The position numbers were made by a program, and so were the translations under genes. Under the pieces are notes generated by a model. That model saw only the letters and a list, made by a program, of their open reading frames with translations, made no database searches and was not told where the DNA came from. From the NCBI GenBank assembly GCA_964016885.1, contig OZ024745.1, positions 5,146,001-5,210,000 on the forward strand: 64,000 nt of DNA, in the 5' to 3' direction. This DNA comes from Eledone cirrhosa. Its lineage: Eukaryota. This document shows, in pieces, positions 47,401 to 62,400 of this stretch (its first letter is position 1; every line of letters begins with the position of its first letter).

Positions 47401-50400
47401 AGTATACTAGGTAGAGATGGTAGTATACTAGGGAGAGATGGTAGTATACTAGGTAGAGATAGTAGTACACTAGGTAGCGATGGTAGTATACTAGGTAGAG
47501 TTAGTAGTATACTAGGTAGACATATTAGTATACTAGGTAGAGATGGTAGTATACTAGGTAGAGATAGTAGTATACTAGGTAGATATAGTAGTATACTAGG
47601 TAGAGATAGTAGTGTACTAGTGAGAGATAGTAGTATACTAGGTAGAGATTGTAGTATACTAGGTAGAGATAGTAGTATACTAGGTAGAGATAGTAGTATA
47701 CTAGGTAGAGATGGTAGTATACTAGGTAGAGATAGTAATATACTAGGTAGAGATAGTAGTATACTAGGTAGAGATAGTAGTATACTAGGTAGAGTTTGTA
47801 GTATACTAGGTAGAGATAGTAGTATACTAGGTAGAGATATTAGTATACTAGGTAGAGATAGTAGTATACTAGGTAGAGGTAGTAGTATACTAGGTAGTGA
47901 TAGTAGTATACTAGGTAGAGATAGTTGTATACTAGGTAGAGATAGTAGTACACTAGGTAGTGATAGTAGTATACTAGGTAGAGATAGTAGTATACTAGGT
48001 AGATATGGTAGTATACTAGGTAGAGATAGTAGTATACTAGCAAGAGATAGTAGTATACTAGGTAGAGATAGTACTATACTAGGTAGAGATGGTAGCATAC
48101 TAGGTAGAGTTAGTAGTATACTAGGTAGAGATGGTAGTATATTAGGTAGAGATAGTACTATACTAGGTAGAGATAGTAGTATACTAGGTAGAGATGGTAG
48201 TATACTAGGTAGAGAGAGTAGTATACTAGGTAGAGATGGTAGTATACTAGGTAGAGATAGTAGTATACTAGGTAGAGATAATAGTGTACTAGGGAGAGAT
48301 AGTACTATACTAGGTAGAGATAGTAGTATACTAGGTAGAGATGGTAGTTTACTAGGTAGAGGTAATAGTGTACTAGGGAGAGATAGTACTATACTAGGTA
48401 GAGATAGTAGTATACTAGGTAGAGATAGTACTATACTAGGTAGAGATAGTAGTATACTAGGTAGAGATAGTAGTATACTAGGTAGAGATGGTAGTATACT
48501 AGGTAGAGATGGTAGTATACTAGGTAGAGATGGTAGTATACTAGGTAGAGATAGTAGTATACTAGGTAGAGATAGTAGTATACTAGGTAGAGATAGTAGT
48601 ATAATAGGTAGAGATGGTAGTATACTAGGTAGAGATAGTAGTATACTATGTAGAGATGGTAGTATACTAGGTAGAGTTAGTATACTAGGTAGAGATAGTA
48701 GTATACTAGATAGAGATATTAGTGTACTAGGTAGAGATGGTAGTATACTAGGTAGAGATAGTACTATACTAGGTAGAGATGGTAGTATACTAGGTAGAGT
48801 TAGTAGTATACTAGGTAGAGATGGTAGTATACTAGGTAGAGATAGTACTATACTAGGTTGAGATAGTAGTATACCAAGTAGAGATAGTACTATACTAGGT
48901 AGAGATAGTACTATACTAGGTAGAGATAGTAGTATACTAGGTAGATATAGTAGTATACATGGTAGAGATGGTAGTATACTAGGTAGAGATAGTAGTATAC
49001 TAGGTAGAGATGGTAGTATACTAGGGAGAGATGGTAGTATACTAGGTAGAGATGGTAGTATACTAGGTAGAGATAGTATTATACTAGGTAGAGTTAGTAG
49101 TATACTAGGTAGAGATGGTAGTATACTAGGTAGATATAGTACTATACTAGGTAGATATAGTACTATATTAGGTAGAGATAGTACTATACTAGGTAGAGAT
49201 AGTAGTATACTAGGTAGATATAGTAGTGTACTAGGTAGAGATAGTACTATACTAGGTAGAGATGGTAGTATACTAGGTAGAGATAGTAGTATACTAGGTA
49301 GAGATGGTAGTATACTAGGTAGAGATAGTAGTATACTAGGTAGAGTTAGTAGTATACTAGGTAGAGATGGTAGTATACTAGGTAGAGATATTACTATACT
49401 AGGTAGAGATGGTAGTATACTAGGTAGAGATGGTAGTATACTAGGTAGAGATAGTAGTATACTAGGTAGAGATAGTAGTGTACTAGGTAGAGATACTACT
49501 ATACTAGGTAGAGATAGTAGTACACTAGGTAGTGATAGTAGTATACTAGGTAGATATAGTAGTATACTAGGTAGAGATGGTAGTATACTAGGTAGAGATA
49601 GTAGTATACTAGGTAGAGATAGTAGTATACTAGGTAGAGATAGTAGTATACTAGGTAGAGATGGCAGTGTACTAGGTAGAGATAGTAGTATACTAGGTAG
49701 AGATGGTAGTATACTAGGTAGAGATAGTATACTAGGTAGATATAGTAGTATATTAGGTAGAGATAGTAGTATACTAGGTAGAGATGGCAGTATACTAGGT
49801 AGAGATAGTAGTATACTAGGTAGAGATGGTAGTATACTAGGTAGAGATAGTAGTATACTAGGTAGAGATAGTATACTAGGTAGAGATAGTAGTATACTAG
49901 GTAGAGATAGCAGTATACTAGGTAGAGATAGTACTATACTAGGTAGAGATAGTAGTATACTAGGTGGAGATAGTACTATACTAGGTAGAGGTAGTAGTAT
50001 ACTAGGTAGAGATAGTAGTATACTAGGTAATGATGGTAGTATACTAGGTAGATAGTAGTATAATAGGGAGATATTGTAGTATACTAGGTAGAGATAGTAG
50101 TACACTAGGTAGAGATGGTAGTATACTAGGTAGAGTTAGTAGTATACTAGGTAGATATAGTAGTATACTAGGTAGAGATAGTAGTATACTAGGTAGGGAT
50201 AGTAGTATACTAGGTAGAGATAGCAGTATACTAGGTAGATATAGTAGTATACTAGGTAGAGATAGTAGTGTACTAGGGAGAGATAGTAGTATACTCGGTA
50301 GAGATAGTAGTATACTAGGTAGAGATAGTAGTATACTAGGTAGAGATGGTAGTATACTAGGTAGAGATGGTAGTATACTAGGTAGAGATAGTACTATACT

Positions 50401-53400
50401 AGGTAGAGATAGTAGTATACCAAGTAGAGATAGTAGTATACTAGGTAGAGATGGTAGTATAATAGGTAGAGATAGTAGTATACTAGGTAGTGATAGTAGT
50501 ATACTAGGTAGAGATGGTAGTATACTAGGTAGAGATAGTATACTAGGTAGAGTTAGTAGTATACTAGGTAGAGATGGTAGTATACTAGGTAGAGATAGTA
50601 CTATACTAGGTAGAGATGGTAGTATACTAGGTAGAGATGGTAGTATACTAGGTAGAGATAGTAGTATACTAGGTAGAGATAGTAGTGTACTAGGTAGAGA
50701 TACTACTATACTAGGTAGAGATAGTAGTACACTAGGTAGTGATAGTAGTATACTAGGTAGATATAGTAGTATACTAGGTAGAGATGGTAGTATACTAGGT
50801 AGAGATAGTAGTATACTAGGTAGAGATAGTAGTATACTAGGTAGAGATAGTAGTATATTAGGTAGAGATGGCAGTGTACTAGGTAGAGATAGTAGTATAC
50901 TAGGTAGAGATGGTAGTATACTAGGTAGAGATAGTATACTAGGTAGATATAGTAGTATACTAGGTAGAGATGGTAGTATACTAGGTAGAGATGGCAGTAT
51001 ACTAGGTAGAGATAGTAGTATACTAGGTAGAGATAGTAGTATACTAGGTAGAGATAGTACTATACTAGGTAGAGATAGTAGTATACTAGGTAGAGATAGT
51101 ATACTAGGTAGAGATAGTAGTATACTAGGTAGAGATAGCAGTATACTAGGTAGAGATAGTACTTTACTAGGTAGAGATAGTAGTATACTAGGTGGAGATA
51201 GTAGTATACTAGGTAATGATGGTAGTATACTAGGTAGATAGTAGTATAATAGGGAGATATTGTAGTATACTAGGTAGAGATAGTAGTACACTAGGTAGAG
51301 ATGGTAGTATACTAGGTAGAGTTAGTAGTATACTAGGTAGATATAGTAGTATACTAGGTAGAGATAGTAGTATACTAGGTAGGGATAGTAGTATACTAGG
51401 GAGAGATAGTAGTTTACTCGGTCTAGATAGTAGCATACTAGGTAGAGATAATAGTGTACTAGGGAGAGATAGTACTATACTAGGTAGAGATAGTAGTATA
51501 CTAGGTAGAGATAGTACTATACTAGGTAGAGATAGTAGTATACTAGGTAGAGATAGTAGTATACTAGGTAGAGATAGTAGTATACTAGGTAGAGATGGTA
51601 GTATACTAGGTAGAGATGGTAGTATACTAGGTAGAGATAGTACTATACTAGGTAGAGATAGTAGTATACCAAGTAGAGATAGTAGTATACTAGGTTGAGA
51701 TGGTAGTATACTAGGTAGATATAATAGTATACTAGGTAGTGATAGTAGTATACTAGGTAGAGATGGTAGTATACTAGGTAGAGATAGTAGTATACTAGGT
51801 AGAGTTAGTAGTATACTAGGTAGAGATGGTAGTATACTAGGTAGAGATAGTACTATACTAGGTAGAGATAGTACTATACTAGGTAGAGATAGTACTATAA
51901 TAGGTAGAGATAGTACTATACTAGGTAGAGATAGTAGTATACTAGGTAGATATAGTAGTATACATGGTAGAGATGGTAGTATACTAGGTAGAGATAGTAG
52001 TATACTAGGTAGAGATGGTAGTATACTAGCAAGAGATGGTAGTGTACTAGGTAGATATAGTAGTGTACTAGGTAGAGATACTACTATACTAGGTAGAGAT
52101 AGTACTATACTAGGTAGAGATAGTACTATACTAGGTAGAGATAGTAGTATACTAGGTAGATATAGTAGTATACTAGGTAGAGATAGTAGTGTACTAGGTA
52201 GAGATACTACTATACTAGGTAGAGATAGTAGTACACTAGGTAGTGATAGTAGTATACTAGGTAGATATAGTAGTATACTAGGTAGAGATGGTAGTATACT
52301 AGGTAGAGATAGTAGTATACTAGGTAGAGATAGTAGTATACTAGGTAGAGATAGTAGTATACTAGGTAGAGATGGCAGTGTACTAGGTAGAGATAGTAGT
52401 ATACTAGGTAGAGATGGTAGTATACTAGGTAGAGATAGTATTATACTAGGTAGAGTTAGTAGTATACTAGGTAGAGATGGTAGTATACTAGGTAGATATA
52501 GTACTATACTAGGTAGAGATAGTACTATATTAGGTAGAGATAGTACTATACTAGGTAGAGATAGTAGTACACTAGGTAGTGATAGTAGTATACTAGGTAG
52601 ATATAGTAGTATACTAGGTAGAGATGGTAGTATACTAGGTAGAGATAGTAGTATACTAGGTAGAGATAGTAGTATACTAGGCAGAGATAGTAGTATACTA
52701 GGTAGTGATAGTAGTATACTAGGTAGAGATAGTAGTATACTAGGTAGAGATGGTAGTATACTAGGGAGAGATGGTAGTATACTAGGTAGAGATGGTAGTA
52801 TACTAGGTAGAGATAGTATTATACTAGGTAGAGTTAGTAGTATACTAGGTAGAGATGGTAGTATACTAGGTAGATATAGTACTATACTAGGTAGAGATAG
52901 TACTATATTAGGTAGAGATAGTACTATACTAGGTAGAGATAGTAGTATACTAGGTAGATATAGTAGTGTACTAGGTAGAGATACTACTATACTAGGTAGA
53001 GATAGTAGTATACTAGGTAGAGATGGTAGTATACTAGGGAGAGATGGTAGTATACTAGGTAGAGATGGTAGTATACTAGGTAGAGATAGTATTATACTAG
53101 GTAGAGTTAGTAGTATACTAGGTAGAGATGGTAGTATACTAGGTAGATATAGTACTATACTAGGTAGAGATAGTACTGTACTAGGTAGAGATAGTACTAT
53201 ACTAGGTAGAGATAGTAGTACACTAGGTAGAGATAGTAGTATACTAGGTAGATATAGTAGTGTACTAGGTAGAGATAGTAGTATACTAGGTAGAGATGGT
53301 AGTATACTAGGTAGAGATAGTACTATACTAGGTAGAGATGGTAGTATACTAGGTAGAGATAGTAGTATACTAGGTAGAGATGGTAGTATACTAGGTAGAG

Positions 53401-56400
53401 ATAGTATACTAGGTAGAGTTAGTAGTATACTAGGTAGGGATGGTAGTATACTAGGTAGAGATAGTACTATACTAGGTAGAGATGGTAGTATACTAGGTAG
53501 AGATGGTAGTATACTAGGTAGAGATAGTACTATACTAGGTAGAGATGGTAGTATACTAGGTAGAGATAGTATACTAGGTAGAGATAGTAGTATACTAGGT
53601 AGAGATAGCAGTATACTAGGTAGAGATAGTACTATACTAGGTAGAGATAGTAGTATACTAGGTGGAGATAGTACTATACTAGGTAGAGGTAGTAGTATAC
53701 TAGGTAGAGATAGTAGTATACTAGGTAATGATGGTAGTATACTAGGTAGATAGTAGTATAATAGGGAGATATTGTAGTATACTAGGTAGAGATAGTAGTA
53801 CACTAGGTAGAGATGGTAGTATACTAGGTAGAGTTAGTAGTATACTAGGTAGAGATAGTAGTATACCAAGTAGAGATAGTAGTATACTAGGTAGAGATAG
53901 TAGTATAACAGGTAGAGATAGTACTATACTAGGTAGAGATGGTAGTATACTAGGTAGTGATAGTAGTATACTAGGTAGAGATGGTAGTATACTAGGTAGA
54001 GATAGTACTATACTAGGTAGAGATGGTAGTATACTAGGTAGAGATGGTAGTATACTAGGTAGAGTTAGTAGTATACTAGGTAGAGATGGTAGTATACTAG
54101 GTAGAGATAGTACTATACTAGGTAGAGATGGTAGTATACTAGGTAGAGATGGTAGTATACTAGGTAGAGTTAGTAGTATACTAGGTAGAGATGGTAGTAT
54201 ACTAGGTAGAGATGGTAGTATACTAGGTAGAGATAGTACTATACTAGGTAGAGATGGTAGTATACTAGGTAGAGATGGTAGTATACTAGGTAGAGATGGT
54301 AGTATACTAGGTAGAGATAGTACTATACTAGGTAGAGATGGTAGTATACTAGGTAGAGATGGTAGTATACTAGGTAGAGTTAGTAGTATACTAGGTAGAG
54401 ATGGTAGTATACTAGGTAGAGATGGTAGTATACTAGGTAGAGATAGTAGTATACTAGGTAGAGATAGTACTATACTAGGTAGAGATAGTACTATACTAGG
54501 TAGAGATAGGAGTATACTAGGTAGATATAGTAGTATACATGGTAGAGATGGTAGTATACTAGGTAGAGATAGTAGTATACTAGGTAGAGATGGTAGTATA
54601 CTAGGGAGAGATGGTAGTATACTAGGTAGAGATAGTAGTACACTAGGTAGCGATGGTAGTATACTAGGTAGAGTTAGTAGTATACTAGGTAGACATATTA
54701 GTATACTAGGTAGAGATGGTAGTATACTAGGTAGAGATAGTAGTATACTAGGTAGATATAGTAGTATACTAGGTAGAGATAGTAGTGTACTAGTGAGAGA
54801 TAGTAGTATACTAGGTAGAGATTGTAGTATACTAGGTAGAGATAGTAGTATACTAGGTAGAGATAGTAGTATACTAGGTAGAGATGGTAGTATACTAGGT
54901 AGAGATAGTAATATACTAGGTAGAGATAGTAGTATACTAGGTAGAGATAGTAGTATACTAGGTAGAGTTTGTAGTATACTAGGTAGAGATAGTAGTATAC
55001 TAGGTAGAGATATTAGTATACTAGGTAGAGATAGTAGTATACTAGGTAGAGGTAGTAGTATACTAGGTAGTGATAGTAGTATACTAGGTAGAGATAGTTG
55101 TATACTAGGTAGAGATAGTAGTACACTAGGTAGTGATAGTAGTATACTAGGTAGAGATAGTAGTATACTAGGTAGAGATGGTAGTATACTAGGTAGAGAT
55201 AGTAGTATACTAGCAAGAGATAGTAGTATACTAGGTAGAGATAGTACTATACTAGGTAGAGATGGTAGCATACTAGGTATAGTTAGTAGTATACTAGGTA
55301 GAGATGGTAGTATATTAGGTAGAGATAGTACTATACTAGGTAGAGATAGTAGTATACTAGGTAGAGATGGTAGTATACTAGGTAGAGAGAGTAGTATACT
55401 AGGTAGAGATGGTAGTATACTAGGTAGAGATAGTAGTATACTAGGTAGAGATAATAGTGTACTAGGGAGAGATAGTACTATACTAGGTAGAGATAGTAGT
55501 ATACTAGGTAGAGATGGTAGTTTACTAGGTAGAGGTAATAGTGTACTAGGGAGAGATAGTACTATACTAGGTAGAGATAGTAGTATACTAGGTAGAGATA
55601 GTACTATACTAGGTAGAGATAGTAGTATACTAGGTAGAGATAGTAGTATACTAGGTAGAGATGGTAGTATACTAGGTAGAGATGGTAGTATACTAGGTAG
55701 AGATGGTAGTATACTAGGTAGAGATAGTAGTATACTAGGTAGAGATAGTAGTATACTAGGTAGAGATAGTAGTATAATAGGTAGAGATGGTAGTATACTA
55801 GGTAGAGATAGTAGTATACTATGTAGAGATGGTAGTATACTAGGTAGAGTTAGTATACTAGGTAGAGATAGTAGTATACTAGATAGAGATATTAGTGTAC
55901 TAGGTAGAGATGGTAGTATACTAGGTAGAGATAGTACTATACTAGGTAGAGATGGTAGTATACTAGGTAGAGTTAGTAGTATACTAGGTAGAGATGGTAG
56001 TATACTAGGTAGAGATAGTACTATACTAGGTTGAGATAGTAGTATACCAAGTAGAGATAGTACTATACTAGGTAGAGATAGTACTATACTAGGTAGAGAT
56101 AGTAGTATACTAGGTAGATATAGTAGTATACATGGTAGAGATGGTAGTATACTAGGTAGAGATAGTAGTATACTAGGTAGAGATGGTAGTATACTAGGGA
56201 GAGATGGTAGTATACTAGGTAGAGATGGTAGTATACTAGGTAGAGATAGTATTATACTAGGTAGAGTTAGTAGTATACTAGGTAGAGATGGTAGTATACT
56301 AGGTAGATATAGTACTGTACTAGGTAGATATAGTACTATATTAGGTAGAGATAGTACTATACTAGGTAGAGATAGTAGTATACTAGGTAGATATAGTAGT

Positions 56401-59400
56401 GTACTAGGTAGAGATAGTACTATACTAGGTAGAGATGGTAGTATACTAGGTAGAGATAGTAGTATACTAGGTAGAGATGGTAGTATACTAGGTAGAGATA
56501 GTATACTAGGTAGAGTTAGTAGTATACTAGGTAGAGATGGTAGTATACTAGGTAGAGATATTACTATACTAGGTAGAGATGGTAGTATACTAGGTAGAGA
56601 TGGTAGTATACTAGGTAGAGATAGTAGTATACTAGGTAGAGATAGTAGTGTACTAGGTAGAGATACTACTATACTAGGTAGAGATAGTAGTACACTAGGT
56701 AGTGATAGTAGTATACTAGGTAGATATAGTAGTATACTAGGTAGAGATGGTAGTATACTAGGTAGAGATAGTAGTATACTAGGTAGAGATAGTAGTATAC
56801 TAGGTAGAGATAGTAGTATACTAGGTAGAGATGGCAGTGTACTAGGTAGAGATAGTAGTATACTAGGTAGAGATGGTAGTATACTAGGTAGAGATAGTAT
56901 ACTAGGTAGATATAGTAGTATATTAGGTAGAGATAGTAGTATACTAGGTAGAGATGGCAGTATACTAGGTAGAGATAGTAGTATACTAGGTAGAGATGGT
57001 AGTATACTAGGTAGAGATAGTAGTATACTAGGTAGAGATAGTATACTAGGTAGAGATAGTAGTATACTAGGTAGAGATAGCAGTATACTAGGTAGAGATA
57101 GTACTATACTAGGTAGAGATAGTAGTATACTAGGTGGAGATAGTACTATACTAGGTAGAGGTAGTAGTATACTAGGTAGAGATAGTAGTATACTAGGTAA
57201 TGATGGTAGTATACTAGGTAGATAGTAGTATAATAGGGAGATATTGTAGTATACTAGGTAGAGATAGTAGTACACTAGGTAGAGATGGTAGTATACTAGG
57301 TAGAGTTAGTAGTATACTAGGTAGATATAGTAGTATACTAGGTAGAGATAGTAGTATACTAGGTAGGGATAGTAGTATACTAGGTAGAGATAGCAGTATA
57401 CTAGGTAGATATAGTAGTATACTAGGTAGAGATAGTAGTGTACTAGGGAGAGATAGTAGTATACTCGGTAGAGATAGTAGTATACTAGGTAGAGATAGTA
57501 GTATACTAGGTAGAGATGGTAGTATACTAGGTAGAGATGGTAGTATACTAGGTAGAGATAGTACTATACTAGGTAGAGATAGTAGTATACCAAGTAGAGA
57601 TAGTAGTATACTAGGTAGAGATGGTAGTATAATAGGTAGAGATAGTAGTATACTAGGTAGTGATAGTAGTATACTAGGTAGAGATGGTAGTATACTAGGT
57701 AGAGATAGTATACTAGGTAGAGTTAGTAGTATACTAGGTAGAGATGGTAGTATACTAGGTAGAGATAGTACTATACTAGGTAGAGATGGTAGTATACTAG
57801 GTAGAGATGGTAGTATACTAGGTAGAGATAGTAGTATACTAGGTAGAGATAGTAGTGTACTAGGTAGAGATACTACTATACTAGGTAGAGATAGTAGTAC
57901 ACTAGGTAGTGATAGTAGTATACTAGGTAGATATAGTAGTATACTAGGTAGAGATGGTAGTATACTAGGTAGAGATAGTAGTATACTAGGTAGAGATAGT
58001 AGTATACTAGGTAGAGATAGTAGTATATTAGGTAGAGATGGCAGTGTACTAGGTAGAGATAGTAGTATACTAGGTAGAGATGGTAGTATACTAGGTAGAG
58101 ATAGTATACTAGGTAGATATAGTAGTATACTAGGTAGAGATGGTAGTATACTAGGTAGAGATAGTATACTAGGTAGATATAGTAGTATATTAGGTAGAGA
58201 TAGTAGTATACTAGGTAGAGATGGCAGTATACTAGGTAGAGATAGTAGTATACTAGGTAGAGATAGTAGTATACTAGGTAGAGATAGTACTATACTAGGT
58301 AGAGATAGTAGTATACTAGGTAGAGATAGTATACTAGGTAGAGATAGTAGTATACTAGGTAGAGATAGCAGTATACTAGGTAGAGATAGTACTTTACTAG
58401 GTAGAGATAGTAGTATACTAGGTGGAGATAGTAGTATACTAGGTAATGATGGTAGTATACTAGGTAGATAGTAGTATAATAGGGAGATATTGTAGTATAC
58501 TAGGTAGAGATAGTAGTACACTAGGTAGAGATGGTAGTATACTAGGTAGAGTTAGTAGTATACTAGGTAGATATAGTAGTATACTAGGTAGAGATAGTAG
58601 TATACTAGGTAGGGATAGTAGTATACTAGGGAGAGATAGTAGTTTACTCGGTCTAGATAGTAGTATACTAGGTAGAGATAATAGTGTACTAGGGAGAGAT
58701 AGTACTATACTAGGTAGAGATAGTAGTATACTAGGCAGAGATAGTACTATACTAGGTAGAGATAGTAGTATACTAGGTAGAGATAGTAGTATACTAGGTA
58801 GAGATAGTAGTATACTAGGTAGAGATGGTAGTATACTAGGTAGAGATGGTAGTATACTAGGTAGAGATAGTACTATACTAGGTAGAGATAGTAGTATACC
58901 AAGTAGAGATAGTAGTATACTAGGTTGAGATGGTAGTATACTAGGTAGAGATAGTAGTATACTAGGTAGAGTTAGTAGTATACTAGGTAGAGATGGTAGT
59001 ATACTAGGTAGAGATAGTACTATACTAGGTAGAGATAGTACTATACTAGGTAGAGATAGTACTATAATAGGTAGAGATAGTACTATACTAGGTAGAGATA
59101 GTAGTATACTAGGTAGATATAGTAGTATACATGGTAGAGATGGTAGTATACTAGGTAGAGATAGTAGTATACTAGGTAGAGATGGTAGTATACTAGCAAG
59201 AGATGGTAGTGTACTAGGTAGATATAGTAGTGTACTAGGTAGAGATACTACTATACTAGGTAGAGATAGTACTATACTAGGTAGAGATAGTACTATACTA
59301 GGTAGAGATAGTAGTATACTAGGTAGATATAGTAGTATACTAGGTAGAGATAGTAGTGTACTAGGTAGAGATACTACTATACTAGGTAGAGATAGTAGTA

Positions 59401-62400
59401 CACTAGGTAGTGATAGTAGTATACTAGGTAGATATAGTAGTATACTAGGTAGAGATGGTAGTATACTAGGTAGAGATAGTAGTATACTAGGTAGAGATAG
59501 TAGTATACTAGGTAGAGATAGTAGTATACTAGGTAGAGATGGCAGTGTACTAGGTAGAGATAGTAGTATACTAGGTAGAGATGGTAGTATACTAGGTAGA
59601 GATAGTATTATACTAGGTAGAGTTAGTAGTATACTAGGTAGAGATGGTAGTATACTAGGTAGATATAGTACTATACTAGGTAGAGATAGTACTATATTAG
59701 GTAGAGATAGTACTATACTAGGTAGAGATAGTAGTACACTAGGTAGTGATAGTAGTATACTAGGTAGATATAGTAGTATACTAGGTAGAGATGGTAGTAT
59801 ACTAGGTAGAGATAGTAGTATACTAGGTAGAGATAGTAGTATACTAGGCAGAGATAGTAGTATACTAGGTAGTGATAGTAGTATACTAGGTAGAGATAGT
59901 AGTATACTAGGTAGAGATGGTAGTATACTAGGGAGAGATGGTAGTATACTAGGTAGAGATGGTAGTATACTAGGTAGAGATAGTATTATACTAGGTAGAG
60001 TTAGTAGTATACTAGGTAGAGATGGTAGTATACTAGGTAGATATAGTACTATACTAGGTAGAGATAGTACTATATTAGGTAGAGATAGTACTATACTAGG
60101 TAGAGATAGTAGTATACTAGGTAGATATAGTAGTGTACTAGGTAGAGATACTACTATACTAGGTAGAGATAGTAGTATACTAGGTAGAGATGGTAGTATA
60201 CTAGGGAGTGATGGTAGTATACTAGGTAGAGATGGTAGTATACTAGGTAGAGATAGTATTATACTAGGTAGAGTTAGTAGTATACTAGGTAGAGATGGTA
60301 GTATACTAGGTAGATATAGTACTATACTAGGTAGAGATAGTACTGTACTAGGTAGAGATAGTACTATACTAGGTAGAGATAGTAGTACACTAGGTAGAGA
60401 TAGTAGTATACTAGGTAGATATAGTAGTGTACTAGGTAGAGATAGTAGTATACTAGGTAGAGATGGTAGTATACTAGGTAGAGATAGTACTATACTAGGT
60501 AGAGATGGTAGTATACTAGGTAGAGATAGTAGTATACTAGGTAGAGATGGTAGTATACTAGGTAGAGATAGTATACTAGGTAGAGTTAGTAGTATACTAG
60601 GTAGAGATGGTAGTATACTAGGTAGAGATAGTACTATACTAGGTAGAGATGGTAGTATACTAGGTAGAGATGGTAGTATACTAGGTAGAGATAGTACTAT
60701 ACTAGGTAGAGATGGTAGTATACTAGGTAGAGATAGTATACTAGGTAGAGATAGTAGTATACTAGGTAGAGATAGCAGTATACTAGGTAGAGATAGTACT
60801 ATACTAGGTAGAGATAGTAGTATACTAGGTGGAGATAGTACTATACTAGGTAGAGGTAGTAGTATACTAGGTAGAGATAGTAGTATACTAGGTAATGATG
60901 GTAGTATACTAGGTAGATAGTAGTATAATAGGGAGATATTGTAGTATACTAGGTAGAGATAGTAGTACACTAGGTAGAGATGGTAGTATACTAGGTAGAG
61001 TTAGTAGTATACTAGGTAGAGATAGTAGTATAACAGGTAGAGATAGTACTATACTAGGTAGAGATGGTAGTATACTAGGTAGTGATAGTAGTATACTAGG
61101 TAGAGATGGTAGTATACTAGGTAGAGATAGTACTATACTAGGTAGAGATGGTAGTATACTAGGTAGAGATGGTAGTATACTAGGTAGAGTTAGTAGTATA
61201 CTAGGTAGAGATGGTAGTATACTAGGTAGAGATAGTACTATACTAGGTAGAGATGGTAGTATACTAGGTAGAGATGGTAGTATACTAGGTAGAGTTAGTA
61301 GTATACTAGGTAGAGATGGTAGTATACTAGGTAGAGATGGTAGTATACTAGGTAGAGATAGTACTATACTAGGTAGAGATGGTAGTATACTAGGTAGAGA
61401 TGGTAGTATACTAGGTAGAGATAGTAGTATACTAGGTAGAGATAGTAGTATACTAGGTAGAGATAGTAGTATACTAGGTAGAGATGGCAGTGTACTACGT
61501 AGAGATAGTAGTATACTAGGTAGAGATGGTAGTATACTAGGTAGAGATAGTATACTAGGTAGATATAGTAGTATACTAGGTAGAGATGGTAGTATACTAG
61601 GTAGAGATAGTATACTAGGTAGATATAGTACTATATTAGGTAGAGATAGTAGTATACTAGGTAGAGATGGCAGTATACTAGGTAGAGATAGTAGTATACT
61701 AGGTAGAGATGGTAGTATACTAGGTAGAGATAGTAGTATACTAGGTAGAGATAGTAGTATACTAGGTAGAGATAGTACTATACTAGGTAGAGATAGTAGT
61801 ATACTAGGTAGAGATAGTATACTAGGTAGAGATAGTAGTATACTAGGTAGAGATAGCAGTATACTAGGTAGAGATAGTACTATACTAGGTAGAGATGGTA
61901 GTATACTAGGTAGAGATAGTAGTATACTAGGTGGAGATAGTAGTATACTAGGTAATGATGGTAGTATACTAGGTAGATAGTAGTATAATAGGGAGATATT
62001 GTAGTATACTAGGTATAGATAGTAGTACACTAGGTAGAGATGGTAGTATACTATGTAGAGTTAGTAGTATACTAGGTAGATATAGTAGTATACTAGGTAG
62101 AGATAGTAGTATACTAGGTAGGGATAGTAGTATACTAGGGAGAGATAGTAGTGTACTAGGGAGAGATAGTAGTATACTCGGTAGAGATAGAAGTATACTA
62201 GGTAGAGATAGTAGTATACTAGGTAGAGATGGTAGTCTACTAGGTAGAGATGGTAGTATACTAGGTAGAGATAGTACTATACTAGGTAGAGATAGTAGTA
62301 TACCACGTAGAGATAGTAGTATACTAGGTAAATATGGTAGTATAATAGGTAGAGATAGTAGTATACTAGGTAGTGATAGTAGTATACTAGGTAGAGATGG